A DNA stretch of 64,000 nt from Candidatus Latescibacterota bacterium (lineage in GTDB: Bacteria; Latescibacterota; UBA2968; UBA8231), in assembly GCA_965223905.1 (NCBI GenBank), contig CBDCXV010000010.1:224001-288000 (forward strand). Direction: 5' to 3'. Below, piece by piece: positions 40,699 to 51,518 of this stretch. The notes below the pieces were generated by a model that saw only the letters and a list, made by a program, of their open reading frames with translations, did no database searches and was not told the DNA's origin. The position numbers and the translations under genes were made by a program. Position 1 is the stretch's first letter. Each line of letters starts with the position of its first letter.

Positions 40699-42855
40699 TC
40701 ATTTCAGATAGAGCAGCCTCCGCGTATCCGTGCCTTCACGATACGCAAGGCGTGCCAGATACACCCCGGATGACACTTCACTTCCTTCCTGGTCGCGGGC
40801 GTTCCAGACCACATCAAAGAAACCAGACCCCAGGGTTTCATTCACCAGAGTGCGCACACGCTGTCCCAACGTATTGTACACCTCGAGGCGCACTGGTCCG
40901 GGAGCAGCTATGCGATAGGAAATTTGGACGACAGAGTTGAAGGGGTTGGGTGCAATCGCCTCCAATGCACTGACAGCAGGCTCCGAGTATTCGGCCCGGG
41001 ACGCAACCGTAGGGACCGCAGCGAAAGAATCCAAGACATGGGCAGGAATGTCCCAGAGCAGAACCGTTTTGGAGCTGGCGCTGGCCAGAGTTCTGCCGTC
41101 CGGCGAAAACGCCAAGGCACTGACCCTACCCAGATCAGGCGGGCCGTTCATTGTAGCTCTATGGTGACCGGTTTGAAAATCCCACAAGCGAATGATCGTG
41201 GCTTCATCCCAAAATTCAGAGCCATGCCCGATGGCCAGGATTCGTTCGTCCGGGGAGATGGCCATGTGTCCCCTGTCAGGGATCGAAAACTCTATGCTAT
41301 CGCTATATATGGTGGTCGCATCGTACTTAACGTTTCCCACCGCCCGTCTCATGCCGTCCGATGCCCAAACAGAGTCGTCTACCCTGGTATCAGTGTCGAT
41401 AGCGCTAGGAGGAAGGTCCATCATTTTTGGCGAGGCTTTATTCTGAAGATCAACTCCGCTCAGTTTCACGCCCCAGCACAAGATTAGATCGTCACCCGAC
41501 AAAAAAACAAAATGGCCGCAATAACCCCGAACGTTTTCTCTGGTTGCCAGGAGTTCACCTGTTTTAGTGTCCCACAAGTAGATATCGTCATCGCCTGTTC
41601 CCGTAGCCAGCTTGCTTCCGTCCGGTGAAAACGCAGCGGAAGTGCCACTGTACGCGTTGAACCAGTACTCATCATGAACCAGCTTCAGGAGAACATCGGG
41701 CGGATCTGCTTCCATGTTCCACAGGAGGTATATTGCATCATCGGCTCCACTGGCCAACATGTTGCCGTCAGGCGAAAACGCCAAGTGAAGGATGGGATGG
41801 TCGTCATGACCTTTCAGGGTAGCCTGGAGCACCCCGGTGTCAGCGTCCCAAATGCGAATACCGCCATCCTCGCCTCCACCGGCCAAGACATCCCCGGGTG
41901 GGGAAAACAACAGGTTCGTAATCGAACTTGAAACGCTATCGAAGCGGGCCCGAAACTCCAAATCGGGCACCGAATCGTCCGAAATTTCATGGCACGGGGG
42001 ACACGGATCGGACGGCACAAAGTGCCAAGAATCTCTTGGAGGGTCAATCGGCGACAGAATGAAATCCGAAATCAGGGACGCATTTCCCCTTTGGGCTTGG
42101 TCGCTGCAAAAGAAATAAGAAGACGTGTCGTTCTCCCCGGCGTCGCGGTAGAACCATCCAAGGCCAATGATTTTGCCTTCTTCGAGCTCGCTCTGAACGG
42201 AAGCCTCTGGGTCGTTCCAGATTAAGTCGTCCCACAAGGTCCAGGACGACTCGGATACATAGAGGAGGTGCTCTCCTGCAGTTTCGAAGAATTGATGTGC
42301 AAGGTCCATGTACTCCGGCTGGCCGTGCCAAGTAGCCGCAGAGATCCAGTGCAAGGGGTTCGGGGCCCCAATAACGCCAGGCAAATCAGGCAAGCGAATC
42401 TGATACGATTGCGCCCAGCGGCCGTCGAGAAGAAGCAGCTCGTCATCCGTGTAATCTTTATCCCTGTCCAGGGAAAACGAGATGAGTTCGCCCCCGTGAT
42501 CGCCATCCAGTTGAAGGAAAAAGATGTCCCCCGGATGGTCTGGCGTTCCGGTAATAAAATCGTCGTCTTCCCGCCGTTCCAATATGTAGATTTTGTTCTC
42601 CGAATCGCTCCAACTGACGATGATCTCAGAGAAGATTCCATAGTCATACGGGGGGTCGCCACGTTGGTCGCTGCAAATTTGGTAAGCAAAAAGTTTGTAG
42701 TTGTCCTGAATGTCGAACCACTCGTCCCAGAACCCATCAATTACGGGCTCCTCCCCAACAGGCCATTGAAAAACCGGGTGGACCAGATGCTCCGGCGCAT
42801 GCCCAATCGCCGGATATGCAATCGCAAGAATGACCACGAGCACGGTGCTTTTCAT
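40699..42855 (-). CDS. Secreted protein with WD40 repeats and FlgD-like C-terminal sorting domain
   Basis: Signal peptide MKSTVLVVILAIAYPAIG, multiple AFSPDG...LWD repeats, PNPFNS...SGVYL. Lower GC than the flanks. Confidence 0.85.
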   Translation of the reverse strand: MKSTVLVVILAIAYPAIGHAPEHLVHPVFQWPVGEEPVIDGFWDEWFDIQDNYKLFAYQICSDQRGDPPYDYGIFSEIIVSWSDSENKIYILERREDDDFITGTPDHPGDIFFLQLDGDHGGELISFSLDRDKDYTDDELLLLDGRWAQSYQIRLPDLPGVIGAPNPLHWISAATWHGQPEYMDLAHQFFETAGEHLLYVSESSWTLWDDLIWNDPEASVQSELEEGKIIGLGWFYRDAGENDTSSYFFCSDQAQRGNASLISDFILSPIDPPRDSWHFVPSDPCPPCHEISDDSVPDLEFRARFDSVSSSITNLLFSPPGDVLAGGGEDGGIRIWDADTGVLQATLKGHDDHPILHLAFSPDGNMLASGADDAIYLLWNMEADPPDVLLKLVHDEYWFNAYSGTSAAFSPDGSKLATGTGDDDIYLWDTKTGELLATRENVRGYCGHFVFLSGDDLILCWGVKLSGVDLQNKASPKMMDLPPSAIDTDTRVDDSVWASDGMRRAVGNVKYDATTIYSDSIEFSIPDRGHMAISPDERILAIGHGSEFWDEATIIRLWDFQTGHHRATMNGPPDLGRVSALAFSPDGRTLASASSKTVLLWDIPAHVLDSFAAVPTVASRAEYSEPAVSALEAIAPNPFNSVVQISYRIAAPGPVRLEVYNTLGQRVRTLVNETLGSGFFDVVWNARDQEGSEVSSGVYLARLAYREGTDTRRLLYLK

Positions 42856-43309
42856 GGCTCTGACTCCTCTGAGAACGGCAGGAATTCGGTCCAGTCGGCC
42901 GCCCACCTGTTCGGCTATTCCTTCCAAGCGGCCAATTCGAGATCGGTTCGTTTCCATCATGGTCGATTCATTCGGGCGGTTCCGTCGACAGGTGGAACAG
43001 GGCCTGCGACCTGGCGGCCCTTCGGTGCACGTCCTGGGGTAAGCGGTCCCATATGTCCCGACGCCGGGCGGCGGCTCCAGGGGCTGGTCGTCCCGTAGGG
43101 CTTCGGCGGCGTCCTCTGGCAATTGTTCAGGCACTGGCATTCCTCCGCAGATCCAGAACTTCTTCGTAAAGCGGATCGAGTGGAATCGCTGAACATTTTT
43201 CTCAACGCCAAATATGGTTCGGCAAGGCTCTCCGTAAAGGCCACGAGAATCAAAGACAACTCATCGGGAATTACCAGCCAAAGCACCCCGCGAAAGTTGT
43301 TCTTGGGGT

Positions 43310-43456
43310 ATCGAATGCCCAGGCAATTGCTTCGAGGCGCACCCTCCGAACGAGCGAGTCGAAGGCGCCGGTATCGACCAGGGATTTGCCGGTCCAGCTT
43401 CGCTGCGGGTCCGCGGGATTGCGGATCGTTACGTCAATCAACATAGATCGCGCCAA
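43310..43456 (-). pseudogene. Clan AA aspartic protease N-terminal remnant
   Basis: VTIRNPADP..W...LVDTGA motif, then similarity is lost. Confidence 0.55.
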
Positions 43457-43672
43457 TGGTGGTTCTTCTCTCGAGTTGGTTTCGGGTAGCTGCCATGGTT
43501 CGGTTTCAGTTCGCCCCCCTTACCAGAGAAAGGGTAGGCCATGTTTCCTGCCGGGGGTACTTCAGACTCCAGGCCGCGCTGAGCTGAATGGTTCAGCGAA
43601 ATGAATAAGGTGCCATTCCGTTCACTGCACAAAAGCGTTGTCGCTACTGCGGCTGGTCCCGAAGCGGGTGCC

Positions 43673-43957
43673 CAAGTGCTCCAGCTCAACCCCGGGTTCC
43701 GGGTCCTGTTTCTGGGAGGGGAGGTGCTGAGCGAGATCGGACTGCACCTGAAGCGGGCGCTGTCCCCGGCGGTCACCGTCGCCGCGGCCTATAGCAACGG
43801 CCTGATCGGGTACATCCCCTCGAAGAACGCCTGGCCGCTGGGCGGGTACGAAGTCAAGGGATCACACTACTACTTCCGTTTGCCTGCTCCCTTCACCGAC
43901 GACGTCGAGGACCGGCTGGTGGAAGCGGCCCTCCGCGTCGTCGAGTCGATGACCTGA
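43673..43957 (+). repeat. 279-bp direct repeat, copy 2 (displaced 3' end of the ceramidase-like gene)
   Basis: QVLQLNPGFRVLFLGGEVLSEIG...VVESM is duplicated. Confidence 0.9.
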
Positions 43958-44026
43958 CCGTCAAGGAGGATCAGCCCGGCGCTCGTGAAGCCGCGCGGTC
44001 TTTCCGAGGAACCCAGAAAAAAATCG

Positions 44027-44803
44027 CTAACGGCAGGAAGCGAGAATCTCCCCGCTCAGCACCGTCGGGCACCAGAACTTCTCGATGTACTCGACCACCA
44101 GCCGCGTCCCCTCGTCGTGGCTGACGTAGGGGGGCATCGCCGGATCGTACATCGCGTCGGTCAGGTCGCGGACCAGGACGATGTTCTTCCCCCAGCGCAC
44201 CATCTGCTTGATCGCGAAGCCGCGGTTGAGGACGCACATGTTGGTGTGCACCCCCATGATCAGCAGGTTGTCCACACCCCGGTGGTGCATGCAGCTGAAC
44301 ACCTGCCTGCCGTCGTCGCTGACCAGGTCGGCGCCGTCGTCGATGTCGATGCCGGGGTGCTGCCGCGTCCAGGCGGTGCCGTCCCGGTGTGGGTCGTGGT
44401 ACTGCCGGTCGATCGCCTCGGTGTCGGAGCCCCCGTCGCTGGAATCGACCGGTTGCGGCGGGTCCTCCCGCTCGAGGTCGGGCGGCGGGGCGACCGGCTC
44501 GGCGTCGAGAACGCGCTGCCGCGCCGGCGTGCCGGCGTAGAACTCCATGGTGCTCGAAGGGGCGTGCACGATCTGCACCCCGGAAGCGCGCGCCGCGGCG
44601 ACCACCTCGTTCATGCGCGGCACCATGGCGTCGACCCGTTCCGAGGCGCCGCGGCTCCAGTGCTTGTTCCAGACGTCGCACAGCAGCAGCGCGGTCGCGG
44701 CGAAGTCGTATTCCGCTTCGGTGGCGACCACCTCCCAGCGGGCGCGGCCCCCCTCGTCCTGCCCGAGCCGCTGTTGCCGCAGATTCAGATGAAGCTTGTT
44801 CAT
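44027..44803 (-). CDS. Isochorismatase/cysteine hydrolase family protein
   Basis: ALLLCDVWNKHW, HAPS, GVHTNMCV and RDLTD motifs. Confidence 0.85.
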   Translation of the reverse strand: MNKLHLNLRQQRLGQDEGGRARWEVVATEAEYDFAATALLLCDVWNKHWSRGASERVDAMVPRMNEVVAAARASGVQIVHAPSSTMEFYAGTPARQRVLDAEPVAPPPDLEREDPPQPVDSSDGGSDTEAIDRQYHDPHRDGTAWTRQHPGIDIDDGADLVSDDGRQVFSCMHHRGVDNLLIMGVHTNMCVLNRGFAIKQMVRWGKNIVLVRDLTDAMYDPAMPPYVSHDEGTRLVVEYIEKFWCPTVLSGEILASCR

Positions 44804-44804
44804 T

Positions 44805-45695
44805 TCAGTCCCCTCCCGTCGCCGCAGGTTCAGAAACCGGAAGCGGTTCCCCCCCTTTGCAGACCTCGGGGAAATGGGGGCCCGCGGCGCTCATCGGCCC
44901 GCCGTCGGCCACCTCGACGAACTGCTTCATCAGGTGTTCCCCGCTCGCGTCGAAGACCGCGTCCCCGGTCATGTAGTGAATCGCTATGGCCCGCCGCGGC
45001 CGCTCCGACCTGTTGAACGGCGACCCGTGCCAGTTGAGGCTGTGGTGGAAGGAGACCTCCCCCCGTTTCACCGGCAGCGGCCTCGGCCTGACCTCGGAAA
45101 TCTCCGCTCCCTCCGGCGGCGAGAACCCGTCGATATCCCCGAATTCGTCGAGCTGCGTCAGTGCCCCCTGGGTGCGCAGGAACTCGATCTGGTTACCCCA
45201 GCGGAAGCTGCCGGGAACCATCCACATGCAGCCGTTCTCCTCGTCGGCGTCGTCGAGCGGCACCCAGGCCGACACCGGGGTCATCGGCTTGATGATCGGC
45301 CACAGCGGCGCATCCTGGTGCCATCGGGTGGAGCCGCCGCGCGCCGCGGGTTTGTACTGGATCTGGTCGTGCCAGACCATCAGGTCGGGATGGCCGGTCA
45401 GCTGACTCACCGCCCGCACGAGGAAGGGGTGGGACATCAGGCGCCGGAAAGCGTCCGAGGCTTCCCAGATATTGACGATCTGCCACACCGGATGCCCGCT
45501 GACCCCGCCGCCACGAGCCCCCATGTCGCGAAAGGAAACCGGCTGCGGGTCCCCCGGACCGAACCCGTCCGGACCGATGTCGAGAATGCGGTCGAGCTCC
45601 GCCCCGAGCTCGTCGACCTCCTCCAGCGACAGCGCCTTGCCCGCGTTGATGAAACCGTTGCGCTCGAACTCCTGCATCTGCTGCTCGCTCAGCAC
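44805..45695 (-). CDS. Phytanoyl-CoA dioxygenase family protein
   Basis: WHQD, NGCMWMVPGS, HHSLNWHGS and RRA motifs. AGGAGG RBS before GTG 45695. Confidence 0.9.
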   Translation of the reverse strand: MLSEQQMQEFERNGFINAGKALSLEEVDELGAELDRILDIGPDGFGPGDPQPVSFRDMGARGGGVSGHPVWQIVNIWEASDAFRRLMSHPFLVRAVSQLTGHPDLMVWHDQIQYKPAARGGSTRWHQDAPLWPIIKPMTPVSAWVPLDDADEENGCMWMVPGSFRWGNQIEFLRTQGALTQLDEFGDIDGFSPPEGAEISEVRPRPLPVKRGEVSFHHSLNWHGSPFNRSERPRRAIAIHYMTGDAVFDASGEHLMKQFVEVADGGPMSAAGPHFPEVCKGGEPLPVSEPAATGGD

Positions 45696-46179
45696 GTTGT
45701 TCCTCCTGAATCGAGGTTCGTTTCCGGGATGGCGGTCTCTGCGGAATCTCCTTGCCCGTGCCTGCCGGACGGCCATTTGGCCTGCCCCGCGGATCCCGCG
45801 TCGATAATTGTCCGTCGCCCAGGGGGAAACCGCAATGCCTCCGGGGCCGGAAGCTCCGGGTTTCACGGTGGATCGGGCTTGGGGGATTCCCTGAAAAAAA
45901 GCTGTCGGGGAAAATGGAGCGACTCCGGGGCCCTGCCGGGCCGTTTGCCTTAGAAGCGTTGGCCCTCCGCCGGCGCTGGTCCCTCCTTCAACTGGGGGAC
46001 CCTTCGCGGGCATGTTTCACCTTCCCCCCGGGTGCTGCCCCAGACTTCTGGATGCTCCGCTGCACAGTTTCGGCCGACGGCTGCCGTGTCCGGCCGATTA
46101 TGGGAATACTTCCTTCCCTGGGTTTCCTCCGGGGGTAAATCGTTGACGGGGGCGCCAATGGCGCCTTTATTGGGTTGGC

Positions 46180-46524
46180 ATGCCCACCTGCCTGCAAACT
46201 GTGGTCGAGACGCCCGCTTACCTCGCGGCGGCCAAGGGTGTTCTGTCAGAAACCGAACGGTCCGAGGTCGTCAACACGGTAGCCTTGGACCCAGAAGCAG
46301 GAGTGGGGCTCGGTGGCGGACTCCGAAAAGTGAGGATCTCCCGCCAGGGATCCGGAAAACGCGGTGGGGCGCGTGTAGTATTCCTGTTCTCCGGCAGAGA
46401 CATTCCCGTATTCCTGCTTACTGTCTTCGCCAAGAACGAGAAAGCGACCCTCACTACCCGAGAACGAAAAGCGCTGATCGCTGCCGCAAAGCAGATAGTC
46501 GACAACTACAGGAGGTCCGAATGA
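46180..46524 (+). CDS. RelE/HigB-like toxin
   Basis: GGLRKVR...GKRGGARV...LLTVFAKNEK motifs; toxin-first arrangement. Confidence 0.85.
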   Translation: MPTCLQTVVETPAYLAAAKGVLSETERSEVVNTVALDPEAGVGLGGGLRKVRISRQGSGKRGGARVVFLFSGRDIPVFLLTVFAKNEKATLTTRERKALIAAAKQIVDNYRRSE

Positions 46525-46823
46525 GCAAGGCATTCGACAAGGTCCTGGCCGGGCTTGGTGACGCCCGCGCCTTCCTGGACGGCGAGCGGGAGGGGTTCGC
46601 GCTGCATGAAGTTGCAGTTCCCGAACCGGATGTCGTGGCAATCCGGGGAAAGACGGGACTGTCTCAGCTCGCCTTTGCAAAGAGCATCGGTGTTGCGCTG
46701 GGCACTCTCAAGAATTGGGAGCAGGGCCGGCGGCGCCCCGAGGGACCGGCGCGAGTGCTTCTCGCGCTGATCGAAAAGCGGCCGTCGATCGTTCAGGAAG
46801 AGCTCGGCGCCAGATTTTCCTGA
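46521..46823 (+). CDS. HigA-like XRE HTH antitoxin
   Basis: GLSQ..FA..IGV..GTLKNWEQGRRRP. ATGA overlap with the toxin. Confidence 0.88.
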   Translation: MSKAFDKVLAGLGDARAFLDGEREGFALHEVAVPEPDVVAIRGKTGLSQLAFAKSIGVALGTLKNWEQGRRRPEGPARVLLALIEKRPSIVQEELGARFS

Positions 46824-46896
46824 TCTTGGGCACGATGGCATCGGTATTCCCAAGAAACAACCCGGATCCGGAAATTTCGATTCGCAGCCAGCCTAA

Positions 46897-47790
46897 ATGA
46901 CCCCGAACACTAAATATGATCCCCATTACATAAGCTGCTTCTACGACGACTACGGGGAACGCGAATGGGAAAGGTTCGAGCGGAGTGCGGCGGACCGGGT
47001 CAATTTCCGCGTCCACCTCCACCATCTTCAGCGGTTCGTCAAAGCCGGCGATGACGTGCTCGACGCGGGGGCCGGCCCCGGACGTTTCACTATCGAGCTT
47101 GCGCGCATCGGGACGACCGTCACCGTAGTCGACATATCGCCGGTGCAGTTGGAACTGAACCGGCAGAAATTGAGCGAAGCGGGGTTCGAGCCCAACGTCT
47201 CCGGGCGTTATCTCGCGGACATAGTCGACCTGCGCCAATTCCCCGACGCCGCCTTCGATGCAACGGTCTGCTACGGCGGCGGATTGAGCCACGTGATGGA
47301 CCAGGCCGGAAACGCACTCGCCGAGCTCGTTCGCGTTACGAAACCCGGCGGTTACGTTTTGGTCAGCGTAATGTCCCTGGTTGGCAGCGCCGGGGCGTTG
47401 CTCTCAAAGTTTCCCGACCTGATCGAAGGATTCGGACGCGAAAGCCTCGACAGAGAGCTTGAAACCGGAGATCTATGCGGGCCGACTTCGCGGGGCAACA
47501 GGTGTCACATGTACCGCTGGAGGGAGTTGGAAGCTTTGTTGAGCACGCAGGATTGCGAAATAGTCGAGAAGTCCGCGGCGAATTTCCTGGCCATCCGGAA
47601 CGAAGGTATCCTGACGGTTTTCGAACAGAACCCCGAACTGTACGACTGGTTCCTGCGCTGGGAGACCGAGTACTGCCAGGAGCCGGGAGCAATCGACGGC
47701 GGTACTCACATCATCGCAGTTGTCAGGCGAAGGGACGCCTGTTATCGACACGATTCGAGATCGAGCGGAAGCGTGGGTATAACCGAATAA
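46897..47790 (+). CDS. Class I SAM-dependent methyltransferase
   Basis: VLDAGAGPGRF, VDIS and RVTKPGG motifs. Confidence 0.88.
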   Translation: MTPNTKYDPHYISCFYDDYGEREWERFERSAADRVNFRVHLHHLQRFVKAGDDVLDAGAGPGRFTIELARIGTTVTVVDISPVQLELNRQKLSEAGFEPNVSGRYLADIVDLRQFPDAAFDATVCYGGGLSHVMDQAGNALAELVRVTKPGGYVLVSVMSLVGSAGALLSKFPDLIEGFGRESLDRELETGDLCGPTSRGNRCHMYRWRELEALLSTQDCEIVEKSAANFLAIRNEGILTVFEQNPELYDWFLRWETEYCQEPGAIDGGTHIIAVVRRRDACYRHDSRSSGSVGITE

Positions 47791-47924
47791 CGAGACGAAA
47801 AACGTACGGTCTGTTCTTTTGAGACCTTCTTGATCGCAATTCACGGGCAACAACACGGCGAGGATTCCAGCTCAGCGATGAATGGGGCGCCTCGACCCGC
47901 AACCAGCCAGGGAGGCACGCATAC

Positions 47925-48341
47925 ATGACCCTCAACACTTATCTGCATTTCAACGGCAACTGCCGGGAGGCGTTCGAGTTCTACCGCTCCGTATTCGGGG
48001 GTGAGTTCGCGTTCATCGACACCTTCGCGAACGGTCCTGAGGACTTCGAGGTCCCCGAAGAGGAGCTCGACAACATCATGCACGTCTCCCTTCCCATCGG
48101 CTCGAGCGTGCTGATGGGCAGCGACACCCCGTCGAGCTTCGGGCCTGCGAACATGGGCAACAACTTCTCCATCTCCTGTCTCACACAGAGCCGTGAGGAG
48201 ACCGACGAGCTGTTCGCCGGGATCTCGGAGGGCGGGACCGTGACGTGTCCGCTCGCCGACATGTTCTGGGGGGCGTACTTCGGCTCCTGCACCGACAGGT
48301 TCGGCATCAACTGGCAGTTCAACTGCGAGCACAAGGAATAG
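47925..48341 (+). CDS. VOC family PhnB-like protein
   Basis: YLHFNGNCREAFEFY, IMH, MGSD and FWGAYFG..DRFGINW motifs. Confidence 0.92.
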   Translation: MTLNTYLHFNGNCREAFEFYRSVFGGEFAFIDTFANGPEDFEVPEEELDNIMHVSLPIGSSVLMGSDTPSSFGPANMGNNFSISCLTQSREETDELFAGISEGGTVTCPLADMFWGAYFGSCTDRFGINWQFNCEHKE

Positions 48342-48404
48342 GGATTCCCCCATCCCGCGCCTGCCGCCCGCGCCGCAAGCTCTCAGGCACAGGGTCCATC
48401 TGAC

Positions 48405-48845
48405 TTGGAAGACCTCGAGTTTCACCCGGTCGACGGCGACCGCTGGGACGACCTGGAGCGTCTGTTCGCGGCCAGGGGCAGCCCCCACTACTGCTGGTGC
48501 ATGGCGTGGCGCCCCCTGCCGAAGGGTGCCTCCCGCTCCTACCGCTCCGCCAAGAAGGAGGCCCTGCTGTTAAGGGTCCGGCGGGGCACTCCCATCGGCA
48601 TCCTGGGATATCTCGACGGCGAGCCCGCGGCCTGGTGCTCCATTGCCCCCCGCGACAGCTACCGGGATCTCGGCGGCCGCGCGGACGGGCCGGGGAGCGT
48701 CTGGTCCATCGCCTGCTTCTTCGTGCCGGCCGGCTCCGCGGCAAGGGAATGACGAGGCAGCTGATCGCCGCCGCGGTCGAGCACGCCAGGCGGATGGGGG
48801 CCGCGGTGGTCGAGGCCTATCCCGTCGACCCCGACTCGCCGAGGG
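48405..48845 (+). pseudogene. GNAT acetyltransferase, frameshifted and 3'-truncated
   Basis: CWCMAWR, WCSIAPR and WSIACFFV, then RGKGMTRQLI..VEAYPVD in the next frame. Confidence 0.7.
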
Positions 48846-48914
48846 TCGGCATGGGTTGTCGCCGCCCATCCCCTTCTCGTCTCCTGCCTCATCCTGAACC
48901 AGAAAGCCTGAACC

Positions 48915-49718
48915 ATGTCTGACGAACCCCGCACCATCGAGTTGGAGATCGAAGTTTCCGGCAGCCCCGAAGAGGTGTGGCGCGCCATCGCCACCGGTCC
49001 GGGCATCTCCTCGTGGTACGTCCCCCACACCGTCGAGGAGCGGCAGGGAGGGGCGGCTTCGGCTTCGTTCGGCCCCTCCCCGGAGATGCAGGTCGCGGGG
49101 CGGGTCGCTGCCTGGGAGCCGCCCCGCCGGGTGCTTTTCGACGGCGGCGAGGATGTCGAGGGGCTGGCGTTCGAGTGGTCGGTCGAAGCCGGCACCGGCG
49201 GTTGCTGCGTGGTGCGCCTCGTCAACACCGGTTTCGGCAGCGGCGGGGAGTGGGACGCCCAGTACGAGGGCATGGTAAAGGGCTGGCAGCTGTTCCTGCT
49301 CAACCTCAGGCTGCACCTGGAGCACTTCCGCGGGCAGACCGCCAGGGCGGCGTTACCCACGGCGATGTGGGCAGGACCGCGCGACAAGGCCTGGGCCGCC
49401 CTCGCCGGGGAGCTGGGAATCCCCGCGTCCCCCGCGGTCGGGGAGCGGATCGAGGTCATCGGATCGGGCGCCCCGGCCCTGGCCGGCACCGTCGCCGACG
49501 CTGCCCCGTGGCGGCTCGCCCTGCTGCTCGAGGAACCGGCGTCCGGCACCGCTTTCCTCGCCGTCGAGGGGAGCGGTGAACAGGTCAGTGTCTCTCTCTG
49601 GTCCTACCTCTATGGAGACGAGGGCATCGCCGCCGCTGAACGGGACGAACCGGTCTGGCGGCAGTGGCTTGCCGAACGCGGCCTGCATCCACCATCTCAG
49701 GGTCCTGATCCCGAGTGA
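48915..49718 (+). CDS. SRPBCC (AHSA1-like) domain protein
   Basis: PEEVWRAIATGPGISSW, WEPPRR and KGW..FL..L motifs. Confidence 0.85.
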   Translation: MSDEPRTIELEIEVSGSPEEVWRAIATGPGISSWYVPHTVEERQGGAASASFGPSPEMQVAGRVAAWEPPRRVLFDGGEDVEGLAFEWSVEAGTGGCCVVRLVNTGFGSGGEWDAQYEGMVKGWQLFLLNLRLHLEHFRGQTARAALPTAMWAGPRDKAWAALAGELGIPASPAVGERIEVIGSGAPALAGTVADAAPWRLALLLEEPASGTAFLAVEGSGEQVSVSLWSYLYGDEGIAAAERDEPVWRQWLAERGLHPPSQGPDPE

Positions 49719-49890
49719 AGACGATCTCCTTCTGATCGCCGAGCTCGCCGATGACGCGGCGGCAGCGGCGGTCTCCCTCAACATCGGGGCAGCGGGCGCC
49801 CTCGAGGTCGCCGTGACCGTCCTGATCGAGCCGGAGACCATCGACGAGGCGGTAAACAAGGGCGTCCCCTACCGGGTTCCGGGAGGCTGA
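49715..49890 (+). pseudogene. GYD-domain protein C-terminal remnant
   Basis: EDDLLLIAEL.DD...AAVSL...GA...TVL...IDEA...YRVPG, with no start region. Confidence 0.5.
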
Positions 49891-49921
49891 TTTTTTCGCG
49901 CCGATGCCGGTTGGCTTTAGT

Positions 49922-50680
49922 ATGGATACCCTGAGGCCGCGAATCGCCAAGCTCGCCCTGTCGGGCCTGCTGATCGCATTTCCAGCGTGCGACAGCGGCG
50001 ACGATCCCCCGACCACCTCCGCCGCCTTGGAGTGGGGCTACAACGGGCCCGGCGGGCCGGCAAATTGGGCCTCTCTGTCCGAAGCGAACGCAACTTGCTC
50101 CAACGGTCAGCAGCAGTCGCCCATCGATATTACCGGATACGAGAAGGCCGACGCCGGGCCTGTGTGGTTCTCCTATGGTGGCGACGCCACAGCAGTGCGC
50201 AACGACGGCAGGCAGGTGCATGTCGACTATGCGCCGGGCAACACACTGAGCATCGGCCAAAGGACCTTCGAACTTAAGTCGGCGCACTTTCACGCACCCT
50301 CGGAACATCTGATTGACGGCAGGAGCTACGCGGCGGAACTACACTTGGTCCACGCCAACGCCGACGGCGATCTGGCAGTGGTTGGGGTGGTGTTCACGCT
50401 GGGAGAGCCCAGCCCCGCAGCGCAGGCAATTCTCGAGGCGGCCCCGGCTGCGGGCAGCACCGTAACTCCAGGGACTGCGCTCAACGCTGCCGGTTACGTG
50501 CCGGAAGACCTCGGTTATTACCACTATGGAGGCTCGAAGACGACCCCTCCCTGCGATGAGCCGGTGAGTTGGTTCGTGATGCGGGAGCCGAAGACCATAT
50601 CGGAGAAACAGGTACTCAACCTGCAGGCATTGAGCGGCGGGCCCAACAACCGCCCCGTCCAGCCCGCGGGCAGCCGTTGA
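49922..50680 (+). CDS. Alpha-class carbonic anhydrase (probable lipoprotein)
   Basis: WGY, QSPIDI, HFHAPSEH, ELHLVH, GSKTTPPC and NRPVQ motifs. Signal peptide ending in Cys. Confidence 0.92.
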   Translation: MDTLRPRIAKLALSGLLIAFPACDSGDDPPTTSAALEWGYNGPGGPANWASLSEANATCSNGQQQSPIDITGYEKADAGPVWFSYGGDATAVRNDGRQVHVDYAPGNTLSIGQRTFELKSAHFHAPSEHLIDGRSYAAELHLVHANADGDLAVVGVVFTLGEPSPAAQAILEAAPAAGSTVTPGTALNAAGYVPEDLGYYHYGGSKTTPPCDEPVSWFVMREPKTISEKQVLNLQALSGGPNNRPVQPAGSR

Positions 50681-50843
50681 CCCAATGCGGTCATGGTTCC
50701 GCAAAAAGCTCAGCCGGGTATACCCGCCGATGGGCTTTTCTCTGGACGAGGAATGGAAGGGCCGGCAATGGCCCTGCCAGAGCCGCTGGCTTCGCCGCGA
50801 CGACCCCGGAACAGATTCGGCCGTCGTTCCCGGCCCGCAGCCG

Positions 50844-51272
50844 TCAGCCCAGCTGCAGCAACTCCAGCCAGTTGCCGTCGGGGTCCTGCAGGTAGCAGCC
50901 GATGCGGCCGGGCGCCAGCTCGGCCGGCGGGTTCATCACCCTGGCGCCGCCCTGCTCCAGGCGCCGGAAGGTCTCCTCGATATCCTCGACCTCGAAGGCG
51001 AGGTGGGCCGCTCCCAGCACGTTCCGCTCCTCCGAGGGCCTTGCGGCCGGGGCCGGGTTCAGGTACTGGATCAGCTCGAGGATGTGCCCGCCCCCGAGGT
51101 CGAGGACGGCCGACCGCAGCTCGGTGCCCTCGTACCCGACGACCTGGTCGACGCCGGGTCCCTTCCGCCCGTACTCGCTGATCACGCTCAGTCCGACCAC
51201 GTCGCGGTAGAAGGCGACCGCGGCGTCGCGGTCGCGGACGACGAATCCGGTGTGGTTCAACGCTTTTATCAT
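50844..51272 (-). CDS. VOC/glyoxalase family protein
   Basis: NHTGFVVRD, LELIQY, HLAFEV and DPDGNWLEL motifs. Confidence 0.9.
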   Translation of the reverse strand: MIKALNHTGFVVRDRDAAVAFYRDVVGLSVISEYGRKGPGVDQVVGYEGTELRSAVLDLGGGHILELIQYLNPAPAARPSEERNVLGAAHLAFEVEDIEETFRRLEQGGARVMNPPAELAPGRIGCYLQDPDGNWLELLQLG

Positions 51273-51518
51273 GTTTCCACTCCTGTCGGCAGTCGGCGCA
51301 GCAGCTTGGTTTCCGGGCGCCTGATTGCGCGTGAATCAGGTCCGCCGTCGTCTCGTTCTCGAACCTGCCGAGGCTCATCGCTATGCGCCCGGCAAGTGGT
51401 GGTGAATCACCGAAACCCGGAAAACCAGGAAGCCCGGCCCGGACCCGGGCGGCCGCCCAGAGGCTGTCCTGAAGCCTTTCGGGGTCCGCCCGGAGAACCG
51501 GCCGCCTCCGCGGCCCGA

